Shown here piece by piece: positions 13,423-25,378 of a stretch of 64,000 nt of DNA (its first letter is position 1; every line of letters starts with the position of its first letter). A program made the position numbers and the translations under genes. Source of the stretch: Neophaeotheca triangularis. Its lineage: Eukaryota. The stretch spans positions 124,001 through 188,000 of the forward strand of contig BAAIJX010000034.1 of NCBI GenBank assembly GCA_054600435.1, written 5' to 3'. The notes under the pieces are model-generated. The model saw only the letters and a list, made by a program, of their open reading frames with translations. It searched no databases and was not told the origin of the DNA.

Positions 13423-15689
13423 AAAGCCGGGGAGGGGGTAATTTTTCTTTTTCTTCTTCTCAGAACCGGCGCACGTTGAGCGATGCTAATTCTAGAACGG
13501 TGCTGAATTAGAGTCGTCTTTAGCAACGATCGATATACCCGTGGAGTCTACCCTACTACTTCCCCTTACAGCAGGGGGTTTTGCGCTTCAATCTAAAGCC
13601 AGTCACTTTTTTTCTTTTCAGTTGCTCTTCGCCGCCTCTCTCCTCACTTCTTCACACCCTAGAGCAAGCGAGACCTCCTCCCCCTTTTCGTCTACAACGA
13701 CAATACGCAAGGGCCGCCGTCTCTACAGAGTTCTAGCTTCCCTACTAACCGCTAGAGTAGAAACCCACACAACTCCTAACTACCACTATCCCCTTGAGCC
13801 GCTAAGCCCCGTAAAAGAGAAAAAGAACGTAGAGAGAAAAGCCGGAAAAAAAAGGGAAAGCCTCTAGCAACTCAATCACCACAGCAAAACCAAACTTCCC
13901 CATCCCAGCGACGAGTCAATCTAGTTTTCAGCAGAGTTTGTTTCCATACCTGAGAACATCGGTGAACGCCTCCATCGCGGATTTGGTGTTTTGATCAAAG
14001 AATGGGACGGACGCGGGGATCGGAGTTCAGACTTCGAGGGAGACGAGGAAGGCGAGAGCGGGTTTGGGGGTTTTAGTTGTGAATGGCACGCTCGGACAGC
14101 CGATCAAGCAGCGGTAGGATGCGATGCAATTAAGGAAAGGAACTCCTGGTCGTCTGGACTGCAGGTCCGTCCGGGTGGGAGAAGAGTGAATGGATGGAGA
14201 CTTGTCGTGTTTAAGCGACTTGGGGGTTGGGAGAGTCGAGGTGGGAACGATATACCAGGCCAGCACTAGCGCAAACCTAGAAGGCAATCTCGGACCGCTT
14301 GTAGACGCTATGAGACGCATAGAGGGTCAGAAAGAAGTCGGGGTTGGCTCATCGCCAGATCCGTTTGTAAGCTTCCCGAAGGATATATGTAGTAAGACCC
14401 CAGCCCTCCAAGTCTCCGGCAACCTTTGCAGTAGACCCGTGCGGGTACGCGAAGCTAGCCCTCGAAGTAAGGAGGTTCGGTAGTCGTCATGTATCCAACA
14501 TGCCACGGGCAGTTAGTCTAAGACTTTCTAGCAGCTAAGATACCGTAGCCGTAGCGGCTCAGTCCTAGTCTCACATCGCTGGTAAGACAGCATGCTCCCT
14601 GCTCCTGGCCCTTTCCGCTAGCAGCCAGTCAGCGAGTGGAAACAGAGACCCCGCGTGAACGGCCGCATAAGGAATCAAATAGTAGCGCACCGCCATCTTG
14701 TTGTATGGGGCTCTCGAAATCAGGGCGAGAGGGAGCCTGCGCCGTGGAGTTCACAATGCCCCATGCCGCGGGACGATCGGCTCGGTATCGACAATGATCA
14801 GGGTGGAAGAAGCAGAGTGGGTATTGTAGCCGGATGTAAAGCAGTGGCGAAGAGTGGTTGGCTGGGTTAGCTACCTAGTCATAGTAGCCGGTGGAGTGCA
14901 GCTCTACAGGCGTGGTAGAGCTGCAGGCGACGCGTGCAGTGAAGACATTGAAGGCAAAACGATACTCGATGACTGAGAAGGGAGGGGAGTAGAGAAAGAG
15001 GAGGGAACAGAACAAGGAAGAGAAGCCGGAAGAGATGCAAGAAGAGAGACGGAAACGGGAAGAGAAGCATGAGATCGAGGCCTCCGAAAAGTATCCAGCG
15101 CATGGTGGAAAAGCCAACAGCGGCCAGATTCCAAACCACATGAATGAACCCCAAGGTTTCGAAGGAGGAGCTCAAGGGTGAAGTCTCTCGGTAAGTTGGT
15201 GGCCCCCAGCCTCCGATGACTTCTCACCAACGCACCTAAAGCACCAACCCCAAACACCTCGATCGCACGCAAGTTGGAAGGGGTTCAAAGCAAAGGGAAA
15301 GAAGGAAGGAAGGAAGGAAAGATAGAAAGAAAGAAAGAAAGAAAGAGGCCCTAACTCACTGGTTTACTCCAGCGCCATGCCAGAAGTCCAACAACCACGC
15401 CAGAAACGACAAAGAGACACAAGACGGAAAGCCACCAAACTATTCAAAAGCAGAAACCCGTTCGATTTCCCCGCTGTACGGTAAATAGGGAGGGATACGA
15501 GATGGGTCTGCCACTAGCGTAGATAGAGAGTCGAGATTAAAAAGAAAAAGGGGAGACAAAAAGGAAAAAGGAGCAAGGAGAAAGAAGAAAGGAGAAAGGG
15601 GAAAGACTAAGGTAGGCAGGTAGTTGAAGCTCTCTATCTAACCACCAAGAGGCAGAACCGCAGACTAGACTATACATATACGATTCGGG

Positions 15690-16031
15690 AGGGGTATACA
15701 GTTCAAGAGCATAGTGAGGTATATAGTTTAAGACGAGAATAAGGGTATATAGTTTAAGAGAAGAATAAGGGTATACACAGTTCAAGAGGAGAGCGAGGGT
15801 ATACAGTTCAAGAGAAGATTAATTGTATACATAGTTCAAGACGAGAATGAGGGTATACATCTCAAGAGAAGAATAAGGGTATACAGTTCAAGAGAAGAAT
15901 GAGGGTATACAGTTCAAGACGAGAATGAGGGTACATATACAGTTCAAGACGAGAATAAGGGTATACAGTTCAAGACGAGAATGAGGGTATACACAGTTCA
16001 AGAGAAGAATGAGGGTATACACAGTTCAAGA
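15690..16031. repeat. Minisatellite, ~26-bp unit GAGGGTATACAGTTCAAGA(G/C)(A/G)AGAAT, 13 copies
   Basis: 13 head-to-tail imperfect units counted by eye; no unique spacers. Confidence 0.9.
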
Positions 16032-16670
16032 GGCGAGAGAGATCTCGAGAGAGAGAGAGAGAGCAAAAACTCAAAACGCAAGACAATCGATTACCACCTC
16101 TACCTAACTAAGTACCACTCCCCTTGACATCCATCTCCTCGAGAGGGGATGGGGAAAGGAAAAAAAAAACGCAGCAATGGTATCGATGAAAACACCCACC
16201 TCCCATTACTCTTCCACCTAAAGATTAACAGAACGCGGCATAGAAAACAACAACAACATATGGAACAAGAAGGCTAACCGACCGACCCGCCCCCAAGGCA
16301 ATGAACACACCGGAGACCTAGAAGAGCCCCTGGGACAGACACAAACCGTTGTAGTGGAACAAGACTTGCGCGACCGCGGAGGAAGGATAGGACTAGGAAC
16401 GGTGTGTTGCATTGCAAAAGGGAAAACTGGTAGTGGTATCTTCTTCTTTCTTTCCCCCTCTCCTCCTAATGCCCTATCCATCTTTTCTTCTTCCCACAAC
16501 CTCGACCAAAGTGATGATGGGGAATTAAACATCCGAATTAATAACGCGTAAAGCATTGCACATCATAACGCAAGTTGGGGTAGTCGCTGTCGTCGTTGCC
16601 GTCGAAGTAGTAAAACATCGTCGTCGTCAAGAAAGCAAGCCGGGTCGGAAAAAGGTGTCGTGGGGCCAGC

Positions 16671-19600
16671 TTAGGCCTTGCCGTCAAAAACAGGGTTGTT
16701 GCGGCCGAGGGTGGTGTTGCCGTAGGGGTCCTCGGACGGGGGAGCGCCAGAACCGCTCTGGTTGAGACCGCCAGCAAGACCCTGGGTGCCTTGGTCGGAG
16801 AAGGCGTCGTTGACCTGGCTGGCGAAGCCTTGGTTGCTACCAGCGGGGACAGAGGAGCCGAATTGACCAGAGGACGAGTATTGACCGCCCATGCCGGAGT
16901 TGGTGGAGTCGGCACCGTAGTTGGCAGAGTCGGAGTTGGCACCGTAGTTGCCGCCAATGTTGCTGCCAGCCGAGTTGCCAGCCGCCTTGTACTGACGGTT
17001 CGACTGCGACGGGTCGCGCACACCACCTTGAGAGACGTTGTGGGGCTTGCGGGTGACCTCGGGAGCACTGGGAAGGTTGGACGACTCGCCAGCGGAGCCG
17101 ATGCCGAAAACGGGGGACTCCCACTGCTCGCCCTTGGCAGCCAGATCGCGGTACTCGGTGGCTTTGTTGGAGATGCCGCCGGGCAGCTTGATGTTGGGCA
17201 GGATGCTCTCGTGTTGGGTGAGGGCAACGTTGACCTTCTTGTCGGCTGTCTTCTCCTTGGCCTCCTCCTTCTTCTGTTGACCCTTGGTCATCTGGCGCTG
17301 GAAGGCGTTGAAGTAGCGCTGGTACATGTTCTGCATGTGCTCGGGGTCGGGGTTGCGCTTGGCCTCAGCCTCGGCGCGGTCGGCCTCCTGCTTGACAGCG
17401 TACAGCTGGGCGTCAAGCTTCTGTACGTTCTCGCGGACCTGCTTCTCGACCACCTTTTGGATGACGGGGCGCATGACCTTGAAAAGGAGAGGCTTGAAGA
17501 GGTTGAACAGCAGCTTGTGGTTAGACTCCTTGAGCTTGATGTCCATGTTCTTGATGTCGACAGTGACGGTGTTGATCTTGAAGAAGTGCGTCTGCTCGTG
17601 CTTGTCCGCAGTCTCCATGGCGACCTTGAAGCTCAGACCGGAGCCACCAAGGAAGATGTCCATGACACCCTTGTCCGTGATGCTAGGGAAGCCCTCCTTC
17701 TTCTTGATGTAGTAGGCGACGTCGCGGAGGTCGCACTGGATGCCAGAGACAGAGAGCATGACCTTGTTCTTGTTCTTGTTCTGGATCGACTTGCGGCCCC
17801 AGCGCCAGTAGTTGTCGCTGCCAAACTCAAAGACGTTGGGCGCGAGGTTGTCGCCCTCGATGACGAGGTTCTCGACGACAACGTCGGCCATGGGGTCGGA
17901 GTACTCGATACGTGGGATTGGCACGTAGCGAATGTTCTCGAAGACAGCGGGGAGAATGACCTCGGTAAGGTCCTTGACCAGGTGAGGCTTGAAGGCGGAC
18001 TTGCCGTTCTCGTCGTGGCCCAAGTCGTTGAACAATTTGTTCATCGAGTTGGCAAAGGACTTGTTCTGGGGGTCCTGGTCGAACTGGTCGCCAAGGAACT
18101 TGAACTCGTCGATGATGCGGTCGACGTCGCTGCGGTAGCGGTCGCGAAGGAGGAACTCGCCCTGGTCGTAGAGCCTGTTCCACTCCTCATTGGACGACTC
18201 TTGAAGCACAAAGCCCTGCTCCTTGAGGCACTTGCGAATGTAGCCGTTGAGGTCGCGGAAGAAGTTCTTGAGTTCAGGGTCCTCGTCTGCGTGCTTGTAC
18301 ATCTTGTTGATCGAGTCTGTGAGGTCATCGAAAGACGTGTTGTTGGCGAAGCGCTCAAGCAGAGTCTTCAAATTCATCAGCATAGGTTTGGTACGGTTGA
18401 CAAGATCTAAACACACCTTGAGGTTAGTCTCTGCAGTCTTGAGGGTATCCTGGGAGTGGGCACCTTTCATGGATCCTTGGCCTTGCTGGACGACGTTCCT
18501 GGTGTGGCCGTCGTACTCCTCGGCCAGACGAAGGATGGTGTCGATGGCCTGGTGGTCTGGGAGAAGGTTAGTCAAAGCTGTTCGTCAGCAGTGGATGATA
18601 CCGTGTAGCTTACAATCTTGATGACCCTGAATCTCGACAATCATCTTCTTGACGCGCCAGATGACCTGCTCGCGACGCTCCTTGGGCATCTTCTCGTTGA
18701 GGAAGTAGTTGTGGGCCTTCTCGCGGTTCTGGCGGAGTTTCTCCTTCTGCTCCTCGGACATGTTGGCAGTGGCCCTGTCCTTGAGCTTCTGAGCACCCTG
18801 CTGCGCGCCTTGCTGCGCATTGGCCTTGGAGGGGGTACCACCCTGGGTGCCCTGCTGTTGGTCCTGAGCAGCCTGGTCGGCGGCTTGAGCGGGGTCACGG
18901 GTGCCAGATGGGTGTGCTTGCTGAGTGGCATCACCGGCAGCCTCCTTGACGTCCTTCTTGCCAATAGGCATGCGGTTCTTGGCTTGGTTGCGGAAGTTGT
19001 CCTTGGAAAGGTCTGGGGCCTCGTGCCAGGTGTTGTCCTCGGCAGGGCGGTCAATGTCGTTGAGCTCCTGCTCAGAAGGCTTCATACGGTTGGCTGAGTT
19101 TGCAGCGGCGTCGCCGCCAATGTCGCGGAGAAGGGTGACACCGTCCTTGACTGTAGACCTGTTAGCGCGCGAGTTTGGGGGTAATTTTATTGCAGTGTTT
19201 GGAGCTTAAACTTACGAAGCTTGCGGAACTGGCCATTGGTGATGACGAGCTGACCGAGAGTACGGAGACCCTCCTTAGCCTGAAGGCCATGCTGCCTCGC
19301 AGTGTCCTTGTCGACGGGCGCGCCAGGCTTCTGCGCATCACCAGCGCCAATGCCCTGGGTCTGCCAGATGAAGTCTTGGAGGAGGTTGCCGTTGTTCTTG
19401 GTGAGCAGAAGAACCTTGGCTTGCTCAATAACATCCTTCAGGTCGCCGACGAGCTGCTGGCCTTCAGTGGAGAGCTTGTTTGACGGCTGGGCCAATGGCT
19501 TGGAAGCCATGGCACTGTTCATCGCCACATCGATTTGCTTGTTCTACGCGGGGTTGTTAGTGGGTGAGGTGAGGTGAGGTGAAGATGTCGCGAATGCGCG

Positions 19601-19834
19601 CGAGGAAGTGACTTACCGATGGGACCTTGCCCTTGGCGAAAGCTGTAGGGGAGTAGTGTCAGCGCAATTGCTCTAGCAGTTGTGATTCAAGCTCTGCGCA
19701 AGGGGGGGCGCGGCCAAGGAGGTAGGAGGGCGTGGTAAATAGGACGTACCTTCGTAGATGCCATAGAGCTGAAGCTTGGAGTTGATGTCCTGCTCCTTGA
19801 CCTTGGTGTTGGTGGGAGCGTTGACGGAACTCAT
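16671..19834 (-). CDS. DUF4449/DUF5923 (HAM1-like) family protein
   Basis: Six exons: 19834-19750, 19642-19617, 19543-19216, 19150-18614, 18556-18417, 18365-16671. Reads MSSVNAPTNTKVKEQDINSKLQLYGIYEAFAKGKVPSNKQID... and contains YVPIPRIEYSDP and FPSITDKGVMDIFLGGSG. Strong codon bias. Family name is from recall. Confidence 0.8.
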
Positions 19835-20040
19835 GGTGCCGGTTGCAAATGGTGTTGTTGCTGGGTATCAAAAGGTAGGCGGCGGGAGGAGTCGTGGGAG
19901 GAGCTGGGGTTGAGGTGCTATTGAAACACTCCGACGGCAAAGCAAATGCAGATTACAACTGTATTGGGTATCTTAAGAGAGTATGCCTCTGATGAAGGAA
20001 AGCAGTCGCTGAGGTGGAGTGGGAGAGAGGAGGGAGAAGA

Positions 20041-20066
20041 GTGTGTGTGTGTGTGTGTGTGTGTGT
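20041..20066. repeat. (GT)13 microsatellite
   Basis: Seen directly. Confidence 0.9.
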
Positions 20067-22215
20067 GGTGAGGAAGAAGTTGTTTGTGGGAGAAAGTAAA
20101 GTTGGTAGGAGGGAGTGAGAGAAAGAGGGGAAGGCAAGGTAAGGCAAGGCACGGCAGGGCAGGGCAGGGTGGGAAAAGGGAAAGCAATGGCGCAGGCGGC
20201 TGTGGCTTGGCAACAGCTGGACTGGACGGGAGCTGGAGCGGTCGTCGCTACGGATACCTGGCTACGTCAGAGCGTTAACTACGGTACCTACCTATACAGG
20301 TGAGTAACGAAAAACCTGGATATTCTCTACACCGTCATCACAAGCACACTACATGCCTTGAGGTACTAGTACACGCCATGATTCGCAAAAGGGGTTTGCC
20401 ATTCGGTCTCATTCTCCAACTTCAAACTAGGTACCCGGTCCAGACCACGACTACCTACTCGGTACTGTAGCTACCCAATAATCTGCCTACTGGAAGATCG
20501 GGAGATTATCGCCAGGATGTGAACGCGCGTAACGTCATTACGCCTGTGCGGTGGCTAGTAGGTAGGTAGGTACCTAGGTAGCTTAGCTTACCTAGCTAGT
20601 TAGGTAGGTAGCTATGCAATCCCGACGTAAAGACCCGTGGACAGCTTCAAGTTGCTGTAAGATTGCTTGCTTGTCGGACAAGAATCACCTTCTCGCTCTG
20701 TGAGACACGACTTTATTACTTGGTCAAAGTAATTCATTATACCCAGTATTCGGTATCATCTGTAGTTAGCAACAATGACATTAAATAATGCTGCCGCCAG
20801 CCGCCCCGAGTATGTCCCCCTGTCGTCCGGCCAACAGCACAGACGTGTGAGCTGGGGTGACAGCTACCAGGGTAAGATCGACGTCCGCCAATTCAAGCTT
20901 GCTAAAAGCTCTACTACCGAATAATCCATGAAACATTATGCACCGGTGGCTGTGGATGGCTTCAATATTCAAGCCTTAGGTTGCCTCGGGACCGACTGGC
21001 GACCTCACCGGGCTTGTAATCATGATGATGATGATGATGAGGCTGCTGATCGTGAGTAACGAGACCCTACTAGTAGTCCAAGCGCTATAGTAATACATAC
21101 AATACATGTGCCATGTCAATGTTCTGCCTACACTACTACTACTTTCAACAATGCCCGCTGTGAAGATTTTCCGCACCCCTTCGCTCATCTTCGGCCGCTC
21201 GACCTGAAGACAGTCCGAGCCCAACTAACTACTACCTAGGTAACTACCCACATTGGTTGCGACGCCGACGACGACGACAAGAAAGATGTTCACACCAGCC
21301 ACTGCAGTTACATTGAGTTTGCCCAATACCCACTGCCTGCCCCGCCGAGGCTGGGTAGTGGGGTCACTGTCGCAAACGTTGCGTGAGAGCTCTCGAGTCT
21401 CCAGCCTCCAGCCACAAACAAGCAGCCAAAATCATTGCATCCACTCCCTCGAGGACACTAGTCTTGGAAGCCACCAGCACAAGGCAGACCACTATCATGG
21501 CAGAATTGCAAGAGTAGTAGTAGTAGCCCGAGGGAGTCACAACCGCCCGACATCATCAAACAAAAGGGCGGTCAGAGTGACGTGATGATATAGCGCCGAG
21601 AAAGACGACGGGATCGTGGACCATCTACCGTGCCTCCATCGGAAGATGGCGCCCTCGCTCCCGTTCCCTGTTCGATTCGATCCTAGCATAGCCAGCGCCT
21701 GTTAGCTTGCAACGGTAGGTAGGTAGGTCCAGACTACTCCAGACTCCGAAACACATCAACTGCAATCTCCCAGTCGCGGGACAAACGAAATCGCGACAGG
21801 TTCGCTTTATTAATAGGAGGCCTCACAATAATAACCACAGCATTTGCTCGAGCATTTCGCGAACAAGGCATAATGTGAATGCCAATGCCGCGCTAAGGAA
21901 AAAGTAACGTTATGACAAGCTGTATTTCATCAGGCACAACTAAAAGGTACCGCGGGAGACGGAGAGAAAGTTGAGCTGAGTTACCGTATAATAATAATAA
22001 GTTATAGTTGACCATCTCGCGATGAGCTGTCAAGGATTGAATCGTCGCAGCTCTCGCACGCTTTTGCGCAATGCCAATCTCGATTGCATCACTTTTGCTG
22101 CGAAAGAAACCGCAAGTCTTATGTCCGCGATTCACATCTCATCCCCGGCGCTGATGAGCATCATGATTCACTTGGCCCGAGACCTACTGCATTATTAACG
22201 AGGTAGGTATAACGT

Positions 22216-22307
22216 ATTCCATGAGGCATAGGGCTGACGTGCTCCTAAGTAGTTGCGATTCATTCCATGAGGCACAGGGCTGACGTGCTCCTAAGTAGTT
22301 GCGATCC
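22216..22307. repeat. 46-bp tandem duplication
   Basis: ATTCCATGAGGCAYAGGGCTGACGTGCTCCTAAGTAGTTGCGATYC twice (22216-22261, 22262-22307), with two C/T differences. Confidence 0.9.
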
Positions 22308-23039
22308 ACTCCATTTTCTTACTAGGCTGAGGTGCTTGTTGATCGCGACTGTCGCCTTCTTACCCGCCTGAACTAGGTAGCCAAAATATCTAGGCCATTC
22401 TTCGATTGCCTGCGCCTCCGCTCAATCAGCCGCCAACACCATCTCGTTCGCGCTCTCATCAGCTGCTCGTTCCTCAGTAATACTAGTAACCCAAGGTAGG
22501 TTAGCACCCCACGCATGAGGTAGAACCGTCTCCTTCCAAAGTCCAGTCCAAAGCCACTCCCCGTCTCAGACTCGCCGACGCTCGTTTGATCAATCACCAT
22601 GGCACGCCAACCACGACGCAGCTCCAGCGCTCCACCGTGGCCGTATTCAACTAACAACCCCCTTGGCCACCTAATAAACTGCAATCCACCATCGCCTAGC
22701 CGCACGCGCAAGATGCCTAGAGACCAGACCACTCACGACCAAAGACCCCTCCCAACACGCCCACCCACCTACGGAAAAAGCCCAGCCCACCCCACACCCG
22801 TCCACCACAGCCCCCTCCTCGACCCTCTAGAAACCGCTACTACTAATGCCAGATTTCCCACTACAATCCTGAAAAAGCTCTACAACTACAACCCTTCCGT
22901 CGTGGTCCTCGACCTGGAATTGTAGGTGCACGAGCCCTTTGATATGCGCTGTGGAGTTTGCTTTGTTTTCTCTTTGTTTCTTTGTGGACGTTGGGGGTAG
23001 GGGGTGGATGGGATGCGGTTGCGGGTGAGGGAGCTGGTG

Positions 23040-23100
23040 GGTAGACAGGTAGGTAGACAGGTAGGTAGACAGGTAGGTAGGTAGGTAGGTAGGTAGGTAG
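23040..23100. repeat. (GGTA)n / (GGTAGACAGGTA)n compound microsatellite
   Basis: Seen directly. Confidence 0.85.
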
Positions 23101-23670
23101 GGGGATCTTGGGGTTGCGGTTTGGTGTTGCGGCTTGGAGGTAATTTAGGGGCGGGTGTGCTTGGCCTCGGATGGTTGGCTTGGTTCCAGGGGGGTGGAGT
23201 GATGTGGTTCTCCTTTTCATTTTTCGTGGAAGCTTGAGTGGCTAGCCGCCTGGCTGAAAAGGTTGGCCGTAAGGATGCATGGACGATGCTGCCGAGCTGA
23301 GAGTAGGAAGCGAAGATTGTTCATGGATAGAGTTGCGTGGCTTGCGTCTTTTAGTTTCGTAACATACGTTATTTGCTCATGCCTCCAAATAAGGCGGCTA
23401 TATGGTAGCCTGTCTATACCGGTAGCCTGGTTACATAGGTCTTTTCGTTAACCTCGCAGGCTGCACGCTATCAATATTCGCAAACTTGCCTTTCGAAGCG
23501 CCTTCTTCTGTTTCGGCCTTTGCTTTCTGTGCCAGGGTAGAGCGTGTGAGCTTCGTCATGACACTTTCCATGCCCATTACCGCATCCCAAACACAGCCCA
23601 ACCCTCCGTCGCATCCAAGTCCCTCCGTTCCTCCATCCCTCCACCCTTCCAACAACCCCCAATCCCAACT

Positions 23671-24329
23671 TCAAAAACCTCCCTCCTCATTCATCCTCCT
23701 AACCTCCCCCTCCTTCTTCTCATTCCACCGCCTCGTCAACTCCCCAGCCAACTCCTCCGCCTTCCCCCTCCCCTCCTCGGCAACATTAACCTGCAACTCC
23801 AGCACCACGAGCTCGTCCTGCGCATCCCGCAACATCTTGCTCTTGGCCCGTAACTCGTCGTCGCGGTCGCGGACTTGGCGTTCCAGAGTCGTGATTTGGG
23901 CTTGGAGAGTTGAGATGCGGGTGCCGGAGTGGGTCTGGGCGGTTTGGAGCGAGGAGAGTCGGGTCGTGAGGCTGGTGAGGTGGCTTTGCAGCGTGCTGCG
24001 CGCGCTTTGCGTGTGCGCGAGTTGGGTACGGAGGAGGGTTAGGTCTTCGTCTGGGGTTGAGGTGGTGGGGACGCGGGTGCTTGTTTCTGTGGTGGTTGGG
24101 GGCTTTGTAGGTTGGGATAGGGTGGGAGCGGGGGCGGCCGCTGTGCGGTCGGCGAGTTTGGTGTCTGCGGTTGGTTTTCTCTTCAGTCTACTGGTTTTTG
24201 GAAATGGGTTGGCGCTTCGGGGGCTCGACGGCTGGTCTACTCACAAGCGTCTATGTAGGGTTTGTTTGCTTTCTCGCGCGTGTCGCGTTCGCTGAGGGCG
24301 GAGGAGTATTGTTCTAGCCAGTTGCTCAT
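23671..24329 (-). CDS. ATG16: Autophagy protein Atg16
   Basis: Not in the ORF track. Exon 1 24329-24245 (MSNWLEQYSSALSERDTREKANKPYIDA), intron GTGAGT...CAG, exon 2 24164-23671 (YTKLADR...coiled coil...DAQDELVVLELQVNVAEE...ELTRRWNEKKEGEVRRMNE). Matches the Atg5-binding N-terminal helix and the C-terminal coiled coil of fungal Atg16. Confidence 0.85.
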
Positions 24330-25378
24330 GGTTTTGGGGGGAAGAGTTGGTGGGTGGCAGGACAGTGATTAGATTCGTTGGTTGCTACGGTTCCGACAAG
24401 ACTGCTGCTGTCTTGGAGGTGGTGGGGTCCATTTGGGCATGTTTTAATGGGTTGTGAAGGCAGAGCATGGGGGATTGCCTTGCTATACTGTTGCTTGCTT
24501 GCTTTCAAGTCATGTGCCAGGTATGTAGGACCTTTTGCAGGTAGTATGAGGAACAATCAATACTTGTGTTATGTTAGTGTAGCATAAGTAAGTACGGGCA
24601 TACCTAATAAGGTACAGTAGGTGTTGAATGTACCTACCTTAGTATACCCAGAGTACTGTACCTTACCCTCGGACAGCTTCTCTTCTACAGCTTCCACAGC
24701 TTCCTTGGCGTGTGTTTGCGGGGTGACGTCGGTCAAGTCGGTGGTCCGCGGTGAAAGCTTTCAAGGTTACAAAGATGATGGGGTTTCCGTTCCCGTTTCT
24801 CCAGAAAAAAAAAGATTAACGCAGTTAAGGGACTTTATCACGATCCAGACTTTACGAAGGTTACGACGCCTTTTACGAAAATAACACACGACTACCTCAC
24901 ACGACCAAGAAAGGAAGACTGCGCTGCTTTTAGATCACACTTGACCATGTACCCGGTACACGCTTCTACATTCTACATAATCCTATACACGCTCAGGTCT
25001 GGTCAGGTACCCGGCGGATGGACCGGATGCTGAATTTTGTGAAACTGGCACTGAAACCGAGTGCAAAGGTATCTAAAGTAGGTAATTATACTATTGTGAG
25101 TTTAGGTACCTCCACCATTATTGTTTGACCGCCGAAGTAGCGACCGCGAGTAGTGAGTCGAATTGTTTCTCTTTGTCTGCTTGACCTGACCCATTCCACC
25201 TTCATCCCTCTCTCTCCTCCTCCCTACCTCAACCTATTCCTTTATCCATCATCATTCACCAGCTAGCTACCTCATACACTCTCACACTCTATCCTCCGCC
25301 CCCCACCCCCAATCACACTACTTCATCCAAATCTAGCTCGCTCGGAAAACAACTTCCTCCCCTCGAACAATATTGACC

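Noticed and set aside
15690..16031. CRISPR-like appearance of the 26-bp repeats
   Set aside because: Units are contiguous with no unique spacers, there are no cas genes, and the context is eukaryotic.
16791..18410. 539-aa plus-strand ORF
   Set aside because: Antisense shadow of a strongly codon-biased minus-strand gene; no ATG start or recognisable motifs.
22599..22925. 108-aa ATG-initiated ORF
   Set aside because: Low complexity with no recognisable domain; cannot be distinguished from chance.
23486..24295. 269-aa plus-strand ORF
   Set aside because: Antisense to ATG16.
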